The notes: a model not told the origin generated them from the letters alone. Positions 39,709 to 50,415 are shown, numbered from the stretch's first letter. The stretch: 64,000 nt of DNA from Candidatus Bathyarchaeota archaeon (GCA_963827165.1 CAWGZR010000005.1:448001-512000); one strand, 5' to 3'. Made by a program: numbers and translations.

Positions 39709-40551
39709 TCAATACATGTTTCTCGGAAGCCTAAAATCTGTTCCTACCGATCTAAAGCCTATTTTAGGCGCAATGGGCATTCTTCGTTTATGTTCATTTC
39801 TTAGCCATCTACGTTTTACGGCTTCGACAACAGATTTTTCTAAGGCAAGCTGATCGGCAATTTCCTGAGTTGTCATGAACCGCTCTAAGCCGAAGAGAAT
39901 TAGATCTAGGGTTTCGTATTTCATGCCGAGTTCCGTTTCAGCCATTTGCGAGGGCCAAAGCGCTGGCGTGGATGGTTTTAACGCAAGCTCTTTTTGGATT
40001 CCCATGTGAAGGGCGAGTTTGCGAACCTGTGTTTTGTATAGATCCATAATTGGTGTTATGTCCGCGGCTGCATCCCCCCACTTAGTGAAGTAACCCATCA
40101 TCGTTTCCGACTTATCCGAGCTGCCGCATACAATCTTGTTGAATTTGTTCGCGTAGTAGTAGAGATATATCATTCGGGTTCTTGCCTTGATGTTTCCTTT
40201 GCAGAGATTGTCCTTTGGGTCAAAAACTGGAATTTGCTCGTAGAAACTCTTCGTAACCTTGGTGATGTCGCAGACGCTGGTTTCTATTTGAAATTGGTCT
40301 GCAACGGCTTTGGCGTCGTTGATGTCTTTTTGGCTGAAGTTTTCCTCTTCAGGAAGCATAAGTGCTGAGACGTTTTTTCCACCTACTGCGAGACTTGAAA
40401 GTGCAGCTATCGTGCCGCTGTCGATTCCGCCGGACAAACCGAGGACGATCCCTTCGGCTCCGGCGTTTTCAACGTATTCTTTGATAAAGCGGCAGATTCT
40501 TGTTTGTGTTTCTGAAAAGTTGATGTCGAAGACGGAAGGCGTAAGTTTCAA
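39709..40551 (-). CDS. nadE: NAD+ synthetase (synthetase domain only)
   Basis: GLSGGIDS, GNIKARTRM, GYFTKWGD, NEHKR. Confidence 0.94.
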   Translation of the reverse strand: MKLTPSVFDINFSETQTRICRFIKEYVENAGAEGIVLGLSGGIDSGTIAALSSLAVGGKNVSALMLPEEENFSQKDINDAKAVADQFQIETSVCDITKVTKSFYEQIPVFDPKDNLCKGNIKARTRMIYLYYYANKFNKIVCGSSDKSETMMGYFTKWGDAAADITPIMDLYKTQVRKLALHMGIQKELALKPSTPALWPSQMAETELGMKYETLDLILFGLERFMTTQEIADQLALEKSVVEAVKRRWLRNEHKRRMPIAPKIGFRSVGTDFRLPRNMY

Positions 40552-40650
40552 TCGGCTTCACCAGCCACTATACTCTTGGTTTGTAGGCAAGTATTTAAGG
40601 ACAGGCATAAATATTACTGAACAATACCCTCGATTTGAAGGCTGTTATGA

Positions 40651-40920
40651 TTGGGTCGAAGAAGAAAGAAAGTTGTTCATATTCCAAAGAAACGTTTACC
40701 AAAATTCTTTTCCTGTCCCAAATGCGGGAAAGAAACAGTTAAGGTTGACATTTCCAGAGAGGAAGGCGGTCACGCTGTTGCTCAATGTAGTGGCTGTGGG
40801 CTGAAGGAGGAATTTCCAGTTAAGCAAGCTCAAGGCGAAGTTGACGTTTACTGCATGCTAACCGATCGAGTTTACGGTTCCGGCAAGAGAGCGCCGTTGC
40901 CAAACTTAAAGAAAGAGTAA
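40651..40920 (+). CDS. elf1: Transcription elongation factor Elf1
   Basis: MGRRRKK basic N-terminus, FSCPKCG...CSGCG, VDVYC. Confidence 0.9.
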   Translation: MGRRRKKVVHIPKKRLPKFFSCPKCGKETVKVDISREEGGHAVAQCSGCGLKEEFPVKQAQGEVDVYCMLTDRVYGSGKRAPLPNLKKE

Positions 40921-40936
40921 TCGAAGGATTATCGGC

Positions 40937-41689
40937 ATGCTTGGGTCTATCGAAAAATACTTGCTCGAAAAAATAAAGGCTGAAGGCTCCATTCATCTAA
41001 CACTTATAGATCCAGAGAAAGTTACAGCCCAAGATGCTTCATGCATCGCAGAAAACTCCAAAAACAGTGGAACAGCTGCCATAATGATTGGAGGCTCAAC
41101 ATTTATCTCCCAAGCTCACCTCGACGACGTCGTCAAAGCAATCAAGACCCGCGTAAGCATTCCAACAATACTTTTCCCAAATAATGTGACTGGTATAAGT
41201 TGTCACGCAGACGCCATATGGTTCATGTCACTTCTAAACTCGGTTGACCCTTACTTTCTTATCGGCGCCCAAATCTTGGGAGCTCCGCTTGTTAAGAAAT
41301 ACGGTTTGGAACCTTTGTCCATGGGGTACATAATTGTTGGTGAAGGAGGAACAGCAGGTATCGTGGGAAAAGCAATATCTGTGCCCTACAACAAGCCGGA
41401 GCTTGCGGCGGCCCATGCGTTAGCCGGGCAATATCTCGGTATGCGTTTCATTTATCTTGAAGGCGGTTCAGGAGCGAAGAACCCAGTGCCTCCTGAGATG
41501 ATTCAGGCAGTCAAGCATGTGATTGAAATACCTCTCATCGTAGGCGGCGGGATCAAAACTAAAGAACAAGCAATAGCCGCTGCTTCTGCAGGCGCCGACA
41601 TCATAGTCACGGGCAACGTTACTGAGACAGCAGATTCTAAACAGAGAGTCGCTGAAATCATAGCGGCAATAAAAAACATCAAGGCTTAA
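40937..41689 (+). CDS. Geranylgeranylglyceryl phosphate synthase (group II)
   Basis: TLIDPEK, IMIGGST, ILFP, YLEGGSGA, VGGGI, VTGN. Confidence 0.92.
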   Translation: MLGSIEKYLLEKIKAEGSIHLTLIDPEKVTAQDASCIAENSKNSGTAAIMIGGSTFISQAHLDDVVKAIKTRVSIPTILFPNNVTGISCHADAIWFMSLLNSVDPYFLIGAQILGAPLVKKYGLEPLSMGYIIVGEGGTAGIVGKAISVPYNKPELAAAHALAGQYLGMRFIYLEGGSGAKNPVPPEMIQAVKHVIEIPLIVGGGIKTKEQAIAAASAGADIIVTGNVTETADSKQRVAEIIAAIKNIKA

Positions 41690-41780
41690 ACGTCTGCAGT
41701 TTGTTTTCTTGATTTTCTGGTTTGTTTTTAGAAAAGCAAAATAACCCATCAGGATATATCTTGCCGAGGGAAGCTGCACT

Positions 41781-44700
41781 TTGAACATTAGCAAGGGCTA
41801 TCGAAGCTACGTTGATGCAATGGAAAACGAGCTGAAGCACTTGTATTCAATAAGCGACAGCGCAAGATCCTTGGGATTAGATCCCGCCGTGAAAACGGAA
41901 TGCATCATCGCCCAAGACATCGCTGACCTAGTGGAAGGGCTAGTGGGACCCAAGCAAGTGGCGTTAAGCATCAGAGAATTAAGCACAAAGATGCAGCGTG
42001 AAGAAATAGCCTTCAAAGTGGCTGAAGAAATCGTCCAGGGCAAATTCGGCACAACGGACCCCGAGAAACTAGCTGAACAAGCGATTAGGACAGCCCTCGC
42101 AATCTTCACCGAAGGGTTGACCGCAGCGCCTATTCAAGGCATCGCCCAAGTGAAGATTAAAACCAACGCCGATCGCACCCGCTACCTTGCCATTTACTTC
42201 GCTGGCCCAATTCGTTCGGCAGGCGGAACCGACCAGGCGTTAACTTTGGTTGTAGGAGACTTCGTGAGACAACAGCTCGCGTTGGACAGGTATAAGCCCA
42301 CGGATGAAGAAATCTCCCGATTCACCGAGGAGCTTAGGCTGTATGAACGGTCAGTAGGCCGGTTCCAATATCACATTCCCGACGACGAGTTAAGAAAAGC
42401 CCTCAACTTGATTCCGGTTGAATGCACGGGCACCGAATCCGACCCGGTTGAAGTGTCTTCCTATCGGAATCTTCCGCGAGTTGAAACGAACAGGGTGAGA
42501 GGGGGCGCCTTGAGAGTTGTTAACGATGGAATAGTAGGGAGAGCCCAAAAAGTCTATGTAATTATCAACAAAGTAGGTCTTCAGGGTTGGGATTGGCTTA
42601 AAGAGTTTAAGAAGAAATCTGAGAAGAAGTCAGGCGGCTTCATGGATGATGTGATCGCTGGGCGACCTATCTTTGCTTTTCCTTCCCGTCGTGGTGGATT
42701 CAGACTTCGATATGGCAGGTCGCGGAACACGGGCTTGTCAGCCGTCGGCATTCATCCTGCGACGATGCTAGTGCTTGAAAACTTTTTGGCGGCGGGAACC
42801 CAGATGCGACTTGAGCTTCCTGGGAAAGGTTGCGTTACCTTACCTGTGGATTCAATTGAACCTCCAGTTGTCTTGCTCAAAGACAACTCGGTTGTCATGG
42901 TTACAATGAGCAATTTTTCCGATGTTAAGGGTAAAATCCAGAAAATCCTGTTCTTAGGCGACATTCTCATCAGTTTCGGAGACTTCCTTTACTCGAACAA
43001 GAGTCTTCCTCCATCAGGGTACGTTGAAGAATGGTGGACAAAAGATCTCCATAGCCAAATTAAAAGCAGGTTCACATCTGACATATCAAAAGCCGCTGAA
43101 GCCGCTCAAGTTTCCAGGGAAAAAATCAAAGGTTTTCTGGACGACCCATTCATAAACAAGCCGTCGGCTAAAGAAGCAATTCTTCTCAGCCTTAATCTAA
43201 ATGTTCCCTTGCATCCCAGTTTCACCTTCTTCTGGTCAAACTTAACCGCTCTTCAAGAAGTTGAAGCGCTAAGAAACTGGTTGGATTCCACTGAAACAGT
43301 TGTTACCCAAGGGATAATTTGTAGCATCGTCGGCGAGTTCAATCATGAAGTCGTGGCGATGTTGAGGAAGATTTTTGCTCCACACAAAATAGTTAACGGC
43401 AAAATCGTTCTGGAAGGAGAAAACGCTACGGCTCTGGCTTTCAGTCTCGGCTACGGGACCACGAGAACGGTCGATGTTTCTCAACCCATCTGCTTGGCGG
43501 AAGTGATCAGCAGGCTTGCTGGAGTGCAGGTTAAGGATAAGGCTCCAACCTACGTTGGCGGACGCATGGGACGACCTGAAAAAGCTAAGCGACGCGAGAT
43601 GAAACCTCTGGTCCACGTTCTTTTCCCCGTGAGTTTAGCCGGCGGCACGCACCGTGACCTTTTAGAGGCTGCAAAGCAGGACCACGTTTTTGTTGAAATG
43701 GTGAGGCGCAAGTGCCTCAACTGCAAAAGTTACACGCGAAGGATAAAATGCCCAAATTGCGGCGGCGAAACCGTAGAGGAGAAATGTTGCCCAAGATGTG
43801 GAAAACCATTGAAAGACAACCCTTGCCCAACCTGCAAGGCAGAACCGGTCGACTTCCAACGCCAATCAGTTAACTTCAGAGAGTTGGTTGATAGTGCCTG
43901 CAAATCGCTTGGCTATTCAGCTCCAAAACAGTTGCGTGGTGTCAAGGGTTTAACCAACCTTAACAAAACCCCTGAAATCATCGAGAAGGGTATTTTGCGA
44001 GCAAAATACGAGTTGTCCGTTTACAAGGACGGAACGATTCGTTTTGACGGCACAAACGCTCCGCTAACCCATTTTACTCCTGCAGAAGTTGGAGTTCCGG
44101 TTGAAAAAATAAAACAGTTAGGTTACGATTACGACACGCATGGTTTGCCACTGACAGATCCCAATCAGGTCTGTGAACTCAGGATCCAGGATGTTGTAAT
44201 CCCTTGGAAAGCGGGCGAATACTTCCTGCAGATCGCGGCTTTCATTGATGACTTATTGATCAGAGTCTACAAACTCCCCCCTTACTACAACGTAAAGAAG
44301 CCAGAGGATCTCGTCGGACAGCTCATTTTCGGTTTAGCTCCCCATACATGTGCATGCATTTTGGGGCGTGTCGTCGGATACACAGATCGAAACGTGATTT
44401 ATGCCCATCCAATCTGGCACTCAGCTAAACGCCGTGACTGCGACGGCGATGAAGACGCCATAATGCTTGCCCTTGACACGCTTCTGAATTTTTCCCGCGT
44501 CTACTTGCCCGCTCAAATAGGCGGAATCATGGATGCGCCGATACTCCTAATTCCGTTTGTCAACACCAAAGAGGTTCAAAGGCAAGCACACGACTTTGAC
44601 GTCGACCAAACTTATCCGGTAGAGTTCTACCTAAAAACTTGTGATAAAAGCGAAGCTGGACCCGTAAGCTCGATTATGGATGTCATTAGCCACAGACTTG

Positions 44701-45194
44701 GAACCGAAGCCCAGTACGAAGGTTTCCAGTACACGACACCAGTAACCAACATAAACATCGGCAATGCAAACAGCTCCTACAAAGAATTCAAGTCTATGGC
44801 AGACAAACTTAACAAGCAGCTGGAGCTTGGGGAAAGAATAGATGCTGTGGACGTTAAACGTGTAGCGCTAAAAGTTTTAACAACCCACCTCATCAGGGAC
44901 ATAGCGGGGAACTTGAGGGCTTTCTCAACCCAGTCATTTAGGTGCAAGTCATGCAACAAAAAGTTTCGCCGATTGCCGCTTAAAGGAAAATGCTCGTTCT
45001 GCGGCGGAAAACTCACTCTCACCGTTTACCAGGGGAACATTGAGAAATATTTGGTAGCTGCTCAGCAACTCGTTGATAAATACGGTTTACCTACCTACTA
45101 CACCCAGCGCATGGTTCTCATAAAAGAAGAAATAGCTTCCATGTTCGACAACAAAAAGCCTAAACAAGCCAAACTTTTCGATTTCGGTAGCTAA
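41781..45194 (+). CDS. polD2: DNA polymerase D large subunit DP2 (no intein evident)
   Basis: YFAGPIRSAGGT, GFRLRYGRSRN, RMGRPEKA, AKRRDCDGDED, Zn fingers. Confidence 0.97.
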   Translation: MNISKGYRSYVDAMENELKHLYSISDSARSLGLDPAVKTECIIAQDIADLVEGLVGPKQVALSIRELSTKMQREEIAFKVAEEIVQGKFGTTDPEKLAEQAIRTALAIFTEGLTAAPIQGIAQVKIKTNADRTRYLAIYFAGPIRSAGGTDQALTLVVGDFVRQQLALDRYKPTDEEISRFTEELRLYERSVGRFQYHIPDDELRKALNLIPVECTGTESDPVEVSSYRNLPRVETNRVRGGALRVVNDGIVGRAQKVYVIINKVGLQGWDWLKEFKKKSEKKSGGFMDDVIAGRPIFAFPSRRGGFRLRYGRSRNTGLSAVGIHPATMLVLENFLAAGTQMRLELPGKGCVTLPVDSIEPPVVLLKDNSVVMVTMSNFSDVKGKIQKILFLGDILISFGDFLYSNKSLPPSGYVEEWWTKDLHSQIKSRFTSDISKAAEAAQVSREKIKGFLDDPFINKPSAKEAILLSLNLNVPLHPSFTFFWSNLTALQEVEALRNWLDSTETVVTQGIICSIVGEFNHEVVAMLRKIFAPHKIVNGKIVLEGENATALAFSLGYGTTRTVDVSQPICLAEVISRLAGVQVKDKAPTYVGGRMGRPEKAKRREMKPLVHVLFPVSLAGGTHRDLLEAAKQDHVFVEMVRRKCLNCKSYTRRIKCPNCGGETVEEKCCPRCGKPLKDNPCPTCKAEPVDFQRQSVNFRELVDSACKSLGYSAPKQLRGVKGLTNLNKTPEIIEKGILRAKYELSVYKDGTIRFDGTNAPLTHFTPAEVGVPVEKIKQLGYDYDTHGLPLTDPNQVCELRIQDVVIPWKAGEYFLQIAAFIDDLLIRVYKLPPYYNVKKPEDLVGQLIFGLAPHTCACILGRVVGYTDRNVIYAHPIWHSAKRRDCDGDEDAIMLALDTLLNFSRVYLPAQIGGIMDAPILLIPFVNTKEVQRQAHDFDVDQTYPVEFYLKTCDKSEAGPVSSIMDVISHRLGTEAQYEGFQYTTPVTNINIGNANSSYKEFKSMADKLNKQLELGERIDAVDVKRVALKVLTTHLIRDIAGNLRAFSTQSFRCKSCNKKFRRLPLKGKCSFCGGKLTLTVYQGNIEKYLVAAQQLVDKYGLPTYYTQRMVLIKEEIASMFDNKKPKQAKLFDFGS

Positions 45195-45236
45195 AGCTTT
45201 TCAACCCAAACCGCTGAGTAATCTAACGGTGACTCT

Positions 45237-45488
45237 GTGCATCCCAACGCTTACCTAAAAAACGTGAGAAACGTGAAATGCGGCCTTAATGCAAGGAGCA
45301 AAATTATAGAAACTTTAGAGGCTAAGCCAAGCGATGCAGCAAGAATATCGAAGGCGGAAGCTCTTTCCTACAATGTCGTAATGCACCATCTTCGACTTCT
45401 TAAAAATGAAGGCATCGTTACTAGAAAAGGGCGAAGACCATATTACTGGTCAGCTACTGGTTTGGGGCAGAAACGCTTGCCGGGTTAG
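45237..45488 (+). CDS. Small winged-helix (ArsR-like) protein
   Basis: RSKIIETL...LSYNVVMHHLRLLKNEGIV; GGTGA SD. Confidence 0.75.
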   Translation: MHPNAYLKNVRNVKCGLNARSKIIETLEAKPSDAARISKAEALSYNVVMHHLRLLKNEGIVTRKGRRPYYWSATGLGQKRLPG

Positions 45489-45784
45489 AACGTGCATTGG
45501 CATGGTGACTGTTGACATTTTGGGCATTTGTGATTGTACTTGTTTATGGCTGCACGCTCAAGGTCGATTCCCATTATATTCGCGAGAGAAGCAAGCCATG
45601 CGATTACGTCTGCGAACTCTTTCTCGGTGGCTTCCCTGTCTGTTCCTTTTTTCAGCTCTTCCCCCAACTCCCCAACCTCGTCGACGAGCCAGTTAAAGGT
45701 ACCTTCTGCCCCGCGTTCAGAGTCTCTTTTGAAATACAGCTGACGCATCATCTGTTGGAATTCACTTATCTGCATAAACTCCAC
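45485..45784 (-). CDS. MazG-like nucleotide pyrophosphohydrolase
   Basis: WLVDEVGELGE...EFADVIAWL, C-terminal CPKC..PCQC. Confidence 0.88.
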   Translation of the reverse strand: MEFMQISEFQQMMRQLYFKRDSERGAEGTFNWLVDEVGELGEELKKGTDREATEKEFADVIAWLASLANIMGIDLERAAINKYNHKCPKCQQSPCQCTF

Positions 45785-45910
45785 GGGTTTTAGAGGTTAA
45801 TCGAAGCGGAGTTTAAACATTTCTAACCCAAAGCGAAGCGAATGTTTTCAATCGGCAGCCTGCACAACATTAATTAATGTTTACGGTTACATGAGATGGC
45901 AGGGATAATC

Positions 45911-46084
45911 GTGAGTAGTAGAAGGAAAAAGAAAGATACTGGCCCAATGCCTGCAGCAAGCGCAGGGTTGCTCAGATTCTTCGAGGAAGAAACTGAAGGA
46001 ATAAAAATGAGGCCTGAGCTGCTTGTGATTTTCTCGGTTTCACTGATTGTCCTATCAGTGCTGGCTAAAGTGTTCTTTCCCTAA
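45911..46084 (+). CDS. secG: Preprotein translocase subunit Sec61beta/SecG
   Basis: AGLLRFFEEE...KMRPE plus single C-terminal TM. Confidence 0.85.
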   Translation: MSSRRKKKDTGPMPAASAGLLRFFEEETEGIKMRPELLVIFSVSLIVLSVLAKVFFP

Positions 46085-46093
46085 ATGCTTACT

Positions 46094-46390
46094 TCACCGT
46101 CTCGGTGTGGTAGCGTGCAGAACTTCTATTCTTTGAACTGAATTTAGATGCAGAAAAATCTCGCTTCTTTCTTCTCGACTTGTAATCTGCGGAATAGGCT
46201 GTGCAATTGTTGATCTCAAGACGATGGCTTCCGCTTCGGAAAGCCAGATTCCTGAGGGGTCATGGGTGACCGCGGCTAAGGTGCCCTCGAAGCCGTACGC
46301 TGGGTCTATGATTACCCTGATTTTTTTGCCCACATTCCGCTCCAACATGTGAAATATCGAAGGGGGCAAGTCACGTTCTGACATGGCCAT
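46094..46390 (-). CDS. Divergent Sm/Lsm-fold protein
   Basis: LERNVGKKIRV...FEGTL...IWLSEAE (Sm1-like) and IFLHLNSVQRI (Sm2-like). Confidence 0.55.
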   Translation of the reverse strand: MAMSERDLPPSIFHMLERNVGKKIRVIIDPAYGFEGTLAAVTHDPSGIWLSEAEAIVLRSTIAQPIPQITSREERSEIFLHLNSVQRIEVLHATTPRR

Positions 46391-46641
46391 CGCAAACTAA
46401 TATGTTAGTCAAGCTAAAGATAAAACAATTACCCCGTGACGTAATGTTCATTTTTTAGTTTTAGGAGTGGAAAGAACTGTTTTCCCCTTAAGCTTTGCCT
46501 GTTACATGGTCAAAACAACCGTTGACTCAGCAAACAATTGCCGAAAAAGTTTAATTCATGCACTAGTAGGATCGGCTCAAGTTGACTAAATTTTAATAAG
46601 GCTCATCGCTTCCATAAGAGACTCAACCCTGGGCTGATGAC

Positions 46642-48447
46642 ATGGAAGACAACAACTCGCTAAACCGTTCTATAGACGACGCAAAGAGACATTACTCATC
46701 GATGTTTGCCCTTCCATCGCTAAAAAAGACACTCGTAGCTGTTGCGGTTGTCTGCTTTGTTACTGGACTGTTGACTTACGCTGTTCCCTCTCAAGGTTTA
46801 ATTGGCGCCTTCCTTCTTGCTCTTTCGCTTTTTGCATTAACGGTTACTGCAGATTTGTTAGTGAGCAAACTCATTCTTAGTAAAGACCCGATTTTCTCTC
46901 TTCGGCGTATTGATGGTCTTTCGTTGGTTGGAATGGTGTTTTGGTTAATCTTCATACTGATTGGCGTCGCCTTGGGTTCCCAGTTCGGTTGGCAACTTTG
47001 GGAAAAGTTCGCCCTAATCGGTTTCGCCGCAATTGTTACCCTTCGAATCATTGTGTTTATGGCAACTTCCGAGGCGGATATGTGGCGGAAGGGATTATCC
47101 GTTTTGCTTCAGCCGGCGTTGTGCTTGGCTCCTTTCGTTGTCCTTTGGGTTTCAAGCGGTTTCTCACTTTTGCATGTTCTGCCCTTCATAGTTCTCTGTC
47201 CAATAGTCGCGATGCTGACAGCATTATTGTTCTTTTACCCAATTGAGCGTTTGGGCAGAGCATACTCCATTTCCTCAATTCCCCTCTTCAAAGCCTTCAT
47301 AGCCAACTGGGTAACCGGCGCCTACGCACCTCTTGAAAAATTCTTAGAAGATATGGGTAAAGACACTGATATCGAAGTTAACCTCCTAAAGTTTGAATCT
47401 TCCAACCCCAAAGCCGCCATTATAGTTCCATTCGTTCATCCTGGGCCATTCAAGAACATCGGCAGCAGCCTTTTGCCTTCAATGCTGAAGCATGACTTTC
47501 AGAAAGAATACAACTGCGAAGCTTGCACCCCCCTGGGTATTTTGGGGCATGAACGCGACTTGGCTTCACAAGCCCAGAATAGAAAAATCGTCTCTCAAGT
47601 GATATCTTCTGCAATGTTTAAGGCATCGGCTTATTTGGCGTCGCCTTTTGTGCGGGTTTCTCAAGGAGTTGCATCGGCTTCATCTCAAATCTTCGGGGAC
47701 ACGGTCTTTCTCAGTTTCACACTTGCTCCAGAAACAACGGAAGATCTTCCTCAAGACTTAGGCCGAATTGTGAGCGAAGAAGCGGCAAAATATGGGTTAA
47801 AACACGCTATAGTAGTTAATGCTCATAATAGCATCACAGACATTGTTGACGTTGAAGCGCATTTGGACTCCCTCCGGGCTGTGGCTTTAAAATGTCTTCA
47901 GGAAGCAACGGCACAGCCGACCAGCCAGTTCCAGGTAGGTGCCGCTAGCGTTTACCCCTCAGAATTCTCTTTAAAGTCAGGAATGGGAAGCGGAGGAATC
48001 ACCGCGATAGTCATTGAAGTGCAGAATCAGAAAACTGTTTATGTCGTAATTGACGGCAACAACATGGTTTCTGGTTTGCGAGAGAAGCTTCTTGCCGCTT
48101 TGGGCTCGGCTGGTTTTAATGAGAGCGAAATTCTTACGACGGACACCCACGCCGTAAGCGGAAATGAACCTGGGCGTCGAGGTTACCACCCTGTTGGGGA
48201 AACTATGGATCAGGAGCTACTGAAAAGTTTCATTGTTGAGGTCGCAAAGAAGGCAGAGAAAAACTTGGAGCCTTCAACTGCGGGCAGCGTGCAGTTCGTC
48301 GTTCCAAAAGTGAGAGCCATCGGGGAAGAGCGGTTGAAATCAATGACCACTCTTGTTCATCGCGCAATTCAAAAAGTCAAACAAACACTTGTTCCCATCT
48401 TCGGATTGGAAGGGCTAATCCTGATCTTGATTCTAATATTTCTATAA
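46642..48447 (+). CDS. DUF2070 family membrane protein
   Basis: N-terminal TM bundle; HPGPF, NAHN, DGNN, TTDTH motifs. Confidence 0.85.
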   Translation: MEDNNSLNRSIDDAKRHYSSMFALPSLKKTLVAVAVVCFVTGLLTYAVPSQGLIGAFLLALSLFALTVTADLLVSKLILSKDPIFSLRRIDGLSLVGMVFWLIFILIGVALGSQFGWQLWEKFALIGFAAIVTLRIIVFMATSEADMWRKGLSVLLQPALCLAPFVVLWVSSGFSLLHVLPFIVLCPIVAMLTALLFFYPIERLGRAYSISSIPLFKAFIANWVTGAYAPLEKFLEDMGKDTDIEVNLLKFESSNPKAAIIVPFVHPGPFKNIGSSLLPSMLKHDFQKEYNCEACTPLGILGHERDLASQAQNRKIVSQVISSAMFKASAYLASPFVRVSQGVASASSQIFGDTVFLSFTLAPETTEDLPQDLGRIVSEEAAKYGLKHAIVVNAHNSITDIVDVEAHLDSLRAVALKCLQEATAQPTSQFQVGAASVYPSEFSLKSGMGSGGITAIVIEVQNQKTVYVVIDGNNMVSGLREKLLAALGSAGFNESEILTTDTHAVSGNEPGRRGYHPVGETMDQELLKSFIVEVAKKAEKNLEPSTAGSVQFVVPKVRAIGEERLKSMTTLVHRAIQKVKQTLVPIFGLEGLILILILIFL

Positions 48448-48525
48448 TCAAAATTCTGCTTTTCATTGTGGCTAAAGGTTAATATTGCGTGTCCACTAGT
48501 CTTTTCTGCTGGAGTTTTCTCCAAA

Positions 48526-49860
48526 ATGTTTTATCCAAAAATTGTTGTTTCTCCACCTGGCCCAAAGGCTAGAGAGCTCGTTCAGAAGGATGAAGAGTTT
48601 GTTTCCCCATCTTACTTGCGGTATTACCCACTTTGTATTGACTCAGCCGACGATTGCATAGTTAAAGACGTCGATGGAAACGAGTACATCGACCTTAACG
48701 CGGGCATAGCCTGCATGAACGTTGGCCACTGTCATCCCCGCGTGGTAGACGCAATAAGAAACCAATCTAGCCGCTTCTTGCATTACTCGAATACAGACTT
48801 CTACTACAAAGAAGCAATCAACCTTGCAGAAAAACTTTCGGAAATCGCCCCTGGCGAATCGAAGAAGAAAACGTTTTTTGGCAACAGCGGCACCGAAGCC
48901 GTTGAAGCTGCAGTTAAACTTGCCAGGTGGCACACTCGAAAACCTCTGTTCATTGGTTTCATCGGCGGTTTCCACGGTCGAACGATGGGTTCGCTGGCGT
49001 TCACCGCCAGCAAAGCAGTGCAAAGACAATCTTTCTTCCCTATGATGCCTGGCGTAGCCCACGTTCCCTACCCATACTGCTACCGTTGCCCATTCAAGCT
49101 AACGCGCCCAAATTGCAACTATTGGTGCGCCGACTTTATAGAAGAGCAAGTGCTGCACAAGTATATGCCTCCAGAAGATGTGGCAGCGATTCTTTTTGAG
49201 CCCATCCAAGGAGAAGGTGGCTACGTGGTTCCTCCAACCGAGTTTTTCCAGAAACTCAAAAAAATCAGTGATGAATACGGGATTCTACTTATTGACGATG
49301 AGGTGCAGTCTGGTATTGGCAGAACGGGTAAGTGGTTTGCCATCGAACATTGGGGGGTCGAGCCTGACATTATCTGCTGTGCTAAGGCTTTAGCTTCTGG
49401 CTTACCCATTGGAGCAGCCGTCGCAAAGGCATCTATCATGGATTGGACGGCAGGTTCGCACGCAAGCACTTTCGGCGGAAACCCCGTAGCCTGCGCCGCA
49501 GCCCTTGCAGTGTTAGGTGTCATAAAAGATGAGCACTTGCTGGATAATGCTAACAGACAAGGCGATTACCTAAAAAAGCGGCTTGAAGACTTCGGAAAAA
49601 CCAATGGAATAGTTGGGGATGTACGCGGAAAAGGATTGATGGTCGGCGTGGAACTCGTTGAGGATAAGGAAACAAGAAAACCTGCACCGAAGAAAGCCAC
49701 CGAAGTCATGTTACGTTCATGGAAACGGGGAGTGGCAGTTGTCACCTGCGGGGTTTCAACTTTGAGAATAGCTCCACCCCTAACCATACAGACCGACCTT
49801 CTCGACCCGGCCCTGGCTATCATTGAGGATACAATCACCGAAGTGGCAAAAGAAAACTGA
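48526..49860 (+). CDS. Class III PLP aminotransferase (4-aminobutyrate/ornithine type)
   Basis: NSGTEAVE, FHGRT, EPIQGEGG, DEVQSGIGRTG, AKALASG. Confidence 0.92.
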   Translation: MFYPKIVVSPPGPKARELVQKDEEFVSPSYLRYYPLCIDSADDCIVKDVDGNEYIDLNAGIACMNVGHCHPRVVDAIRNQSSRFLHYSNTDFYYKEAINLAEKLSEIAPGESKKKTFFGNSGTEAVEAAVKLARWHTRKPLFIGFIGGFHGRTMGSLAFTASKAVQRQSFFPMMPGVAHVPYPYCYRCPFKLTRPNCNYWCADFIEEQVLHKYMPPEDVAAILFEPIQGEGGYVVPPTEFFQKLKKISDEYGILLIDDEVQSGIGRTGKWFAIEHWGVEPDIICCAKALASGLPIGAAVAKASIMDWTAGSHASTFGGNPVACAAALAVLGVIKDEHLLDNANRQGDYLKKRLEDFGKTNGIVGDVRGKGLMVGVELVEDKETRKPAPKKATEVMLRSWKRGVAVVTCGVSTLRIAPPLTIQTDLLDPALAIIEDTITEVAKEN

Positions 49861-49863
49861 TCC

Positions 49864-50415
49864 CTATCTGTTAACGTTTCTGACAGTTCTTCGAGGTTTT
49901 CTCTTAAGTTGTGTACCGCAGATCAGGCACTCTTTTGAGGTGCAGTTGGAGGGATACTCTTTGTGACAGGCTGGACAGTATCTTATCCACTCCAAAAGAC
50001 GTTTGATGCCGAAAGTGGCAAGCGCCAAGAATTCAATCCCCACCTGCGTCGCAACGTTCTGGATTGAATAGTCATCGGTGACGATTTGAGGAATAAACCC
50101 TTCAGCTTTGAACTCAAGCGCCAACGCTAAAAGTTCGGTGTCCGCCTTCGACAAAAGATGGGAGTCGCCGAGTTTAGTTGCAGAAATCTTTGTTTTATTC
50201 AGAAATTCTGTGCTTGGGGCTTTGACTTTGAGTCTGCCGCTTTCAATGGCTGCCCTAAACCGCGTGCAAATCATCGAGTTTCTTATGATTTCTTCTTCCA
50301 CGCTAGGAACAGTTACTTGGTCCTCGCTTGAAGCAAAGGGGTCAAAACCTGCCAAAAAAGCAGACGTATCAAGAACTACGATCCTTCTGCATTGATTTCC
50401 TGTTGGAGTTGTCAT
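49864..50415 (-). CDS. nob1: Nob1 PIN endonuclease with zinc ribbon
   Basis: VLDTSAF, LSKAD, TDDYSIQNVA, CPAC...CLICG. Confidence 0.9.
   Translation of the reverse strand: MTTPTGNQCRRIVVLDTSAFLAGFDPFASSEDQVTVPSVEEEIIRNSMICTRFRAAIESGRLKVKAPSTEFLNKTKISATKLGDSHLLSKADTELLALALEFKAEGFIPQIVTDDYSIQNVATQVGIEFLALATFGIKRLLEWIRYCPACHKEYPSNCTSKECLICGTQLKRKPRRTVRNVNR

Noticed and set aside
41781-45194. Intein in DP2
   Set aside because: Length is typical and the KRRDCDGDED catalytic region is uninterrupted
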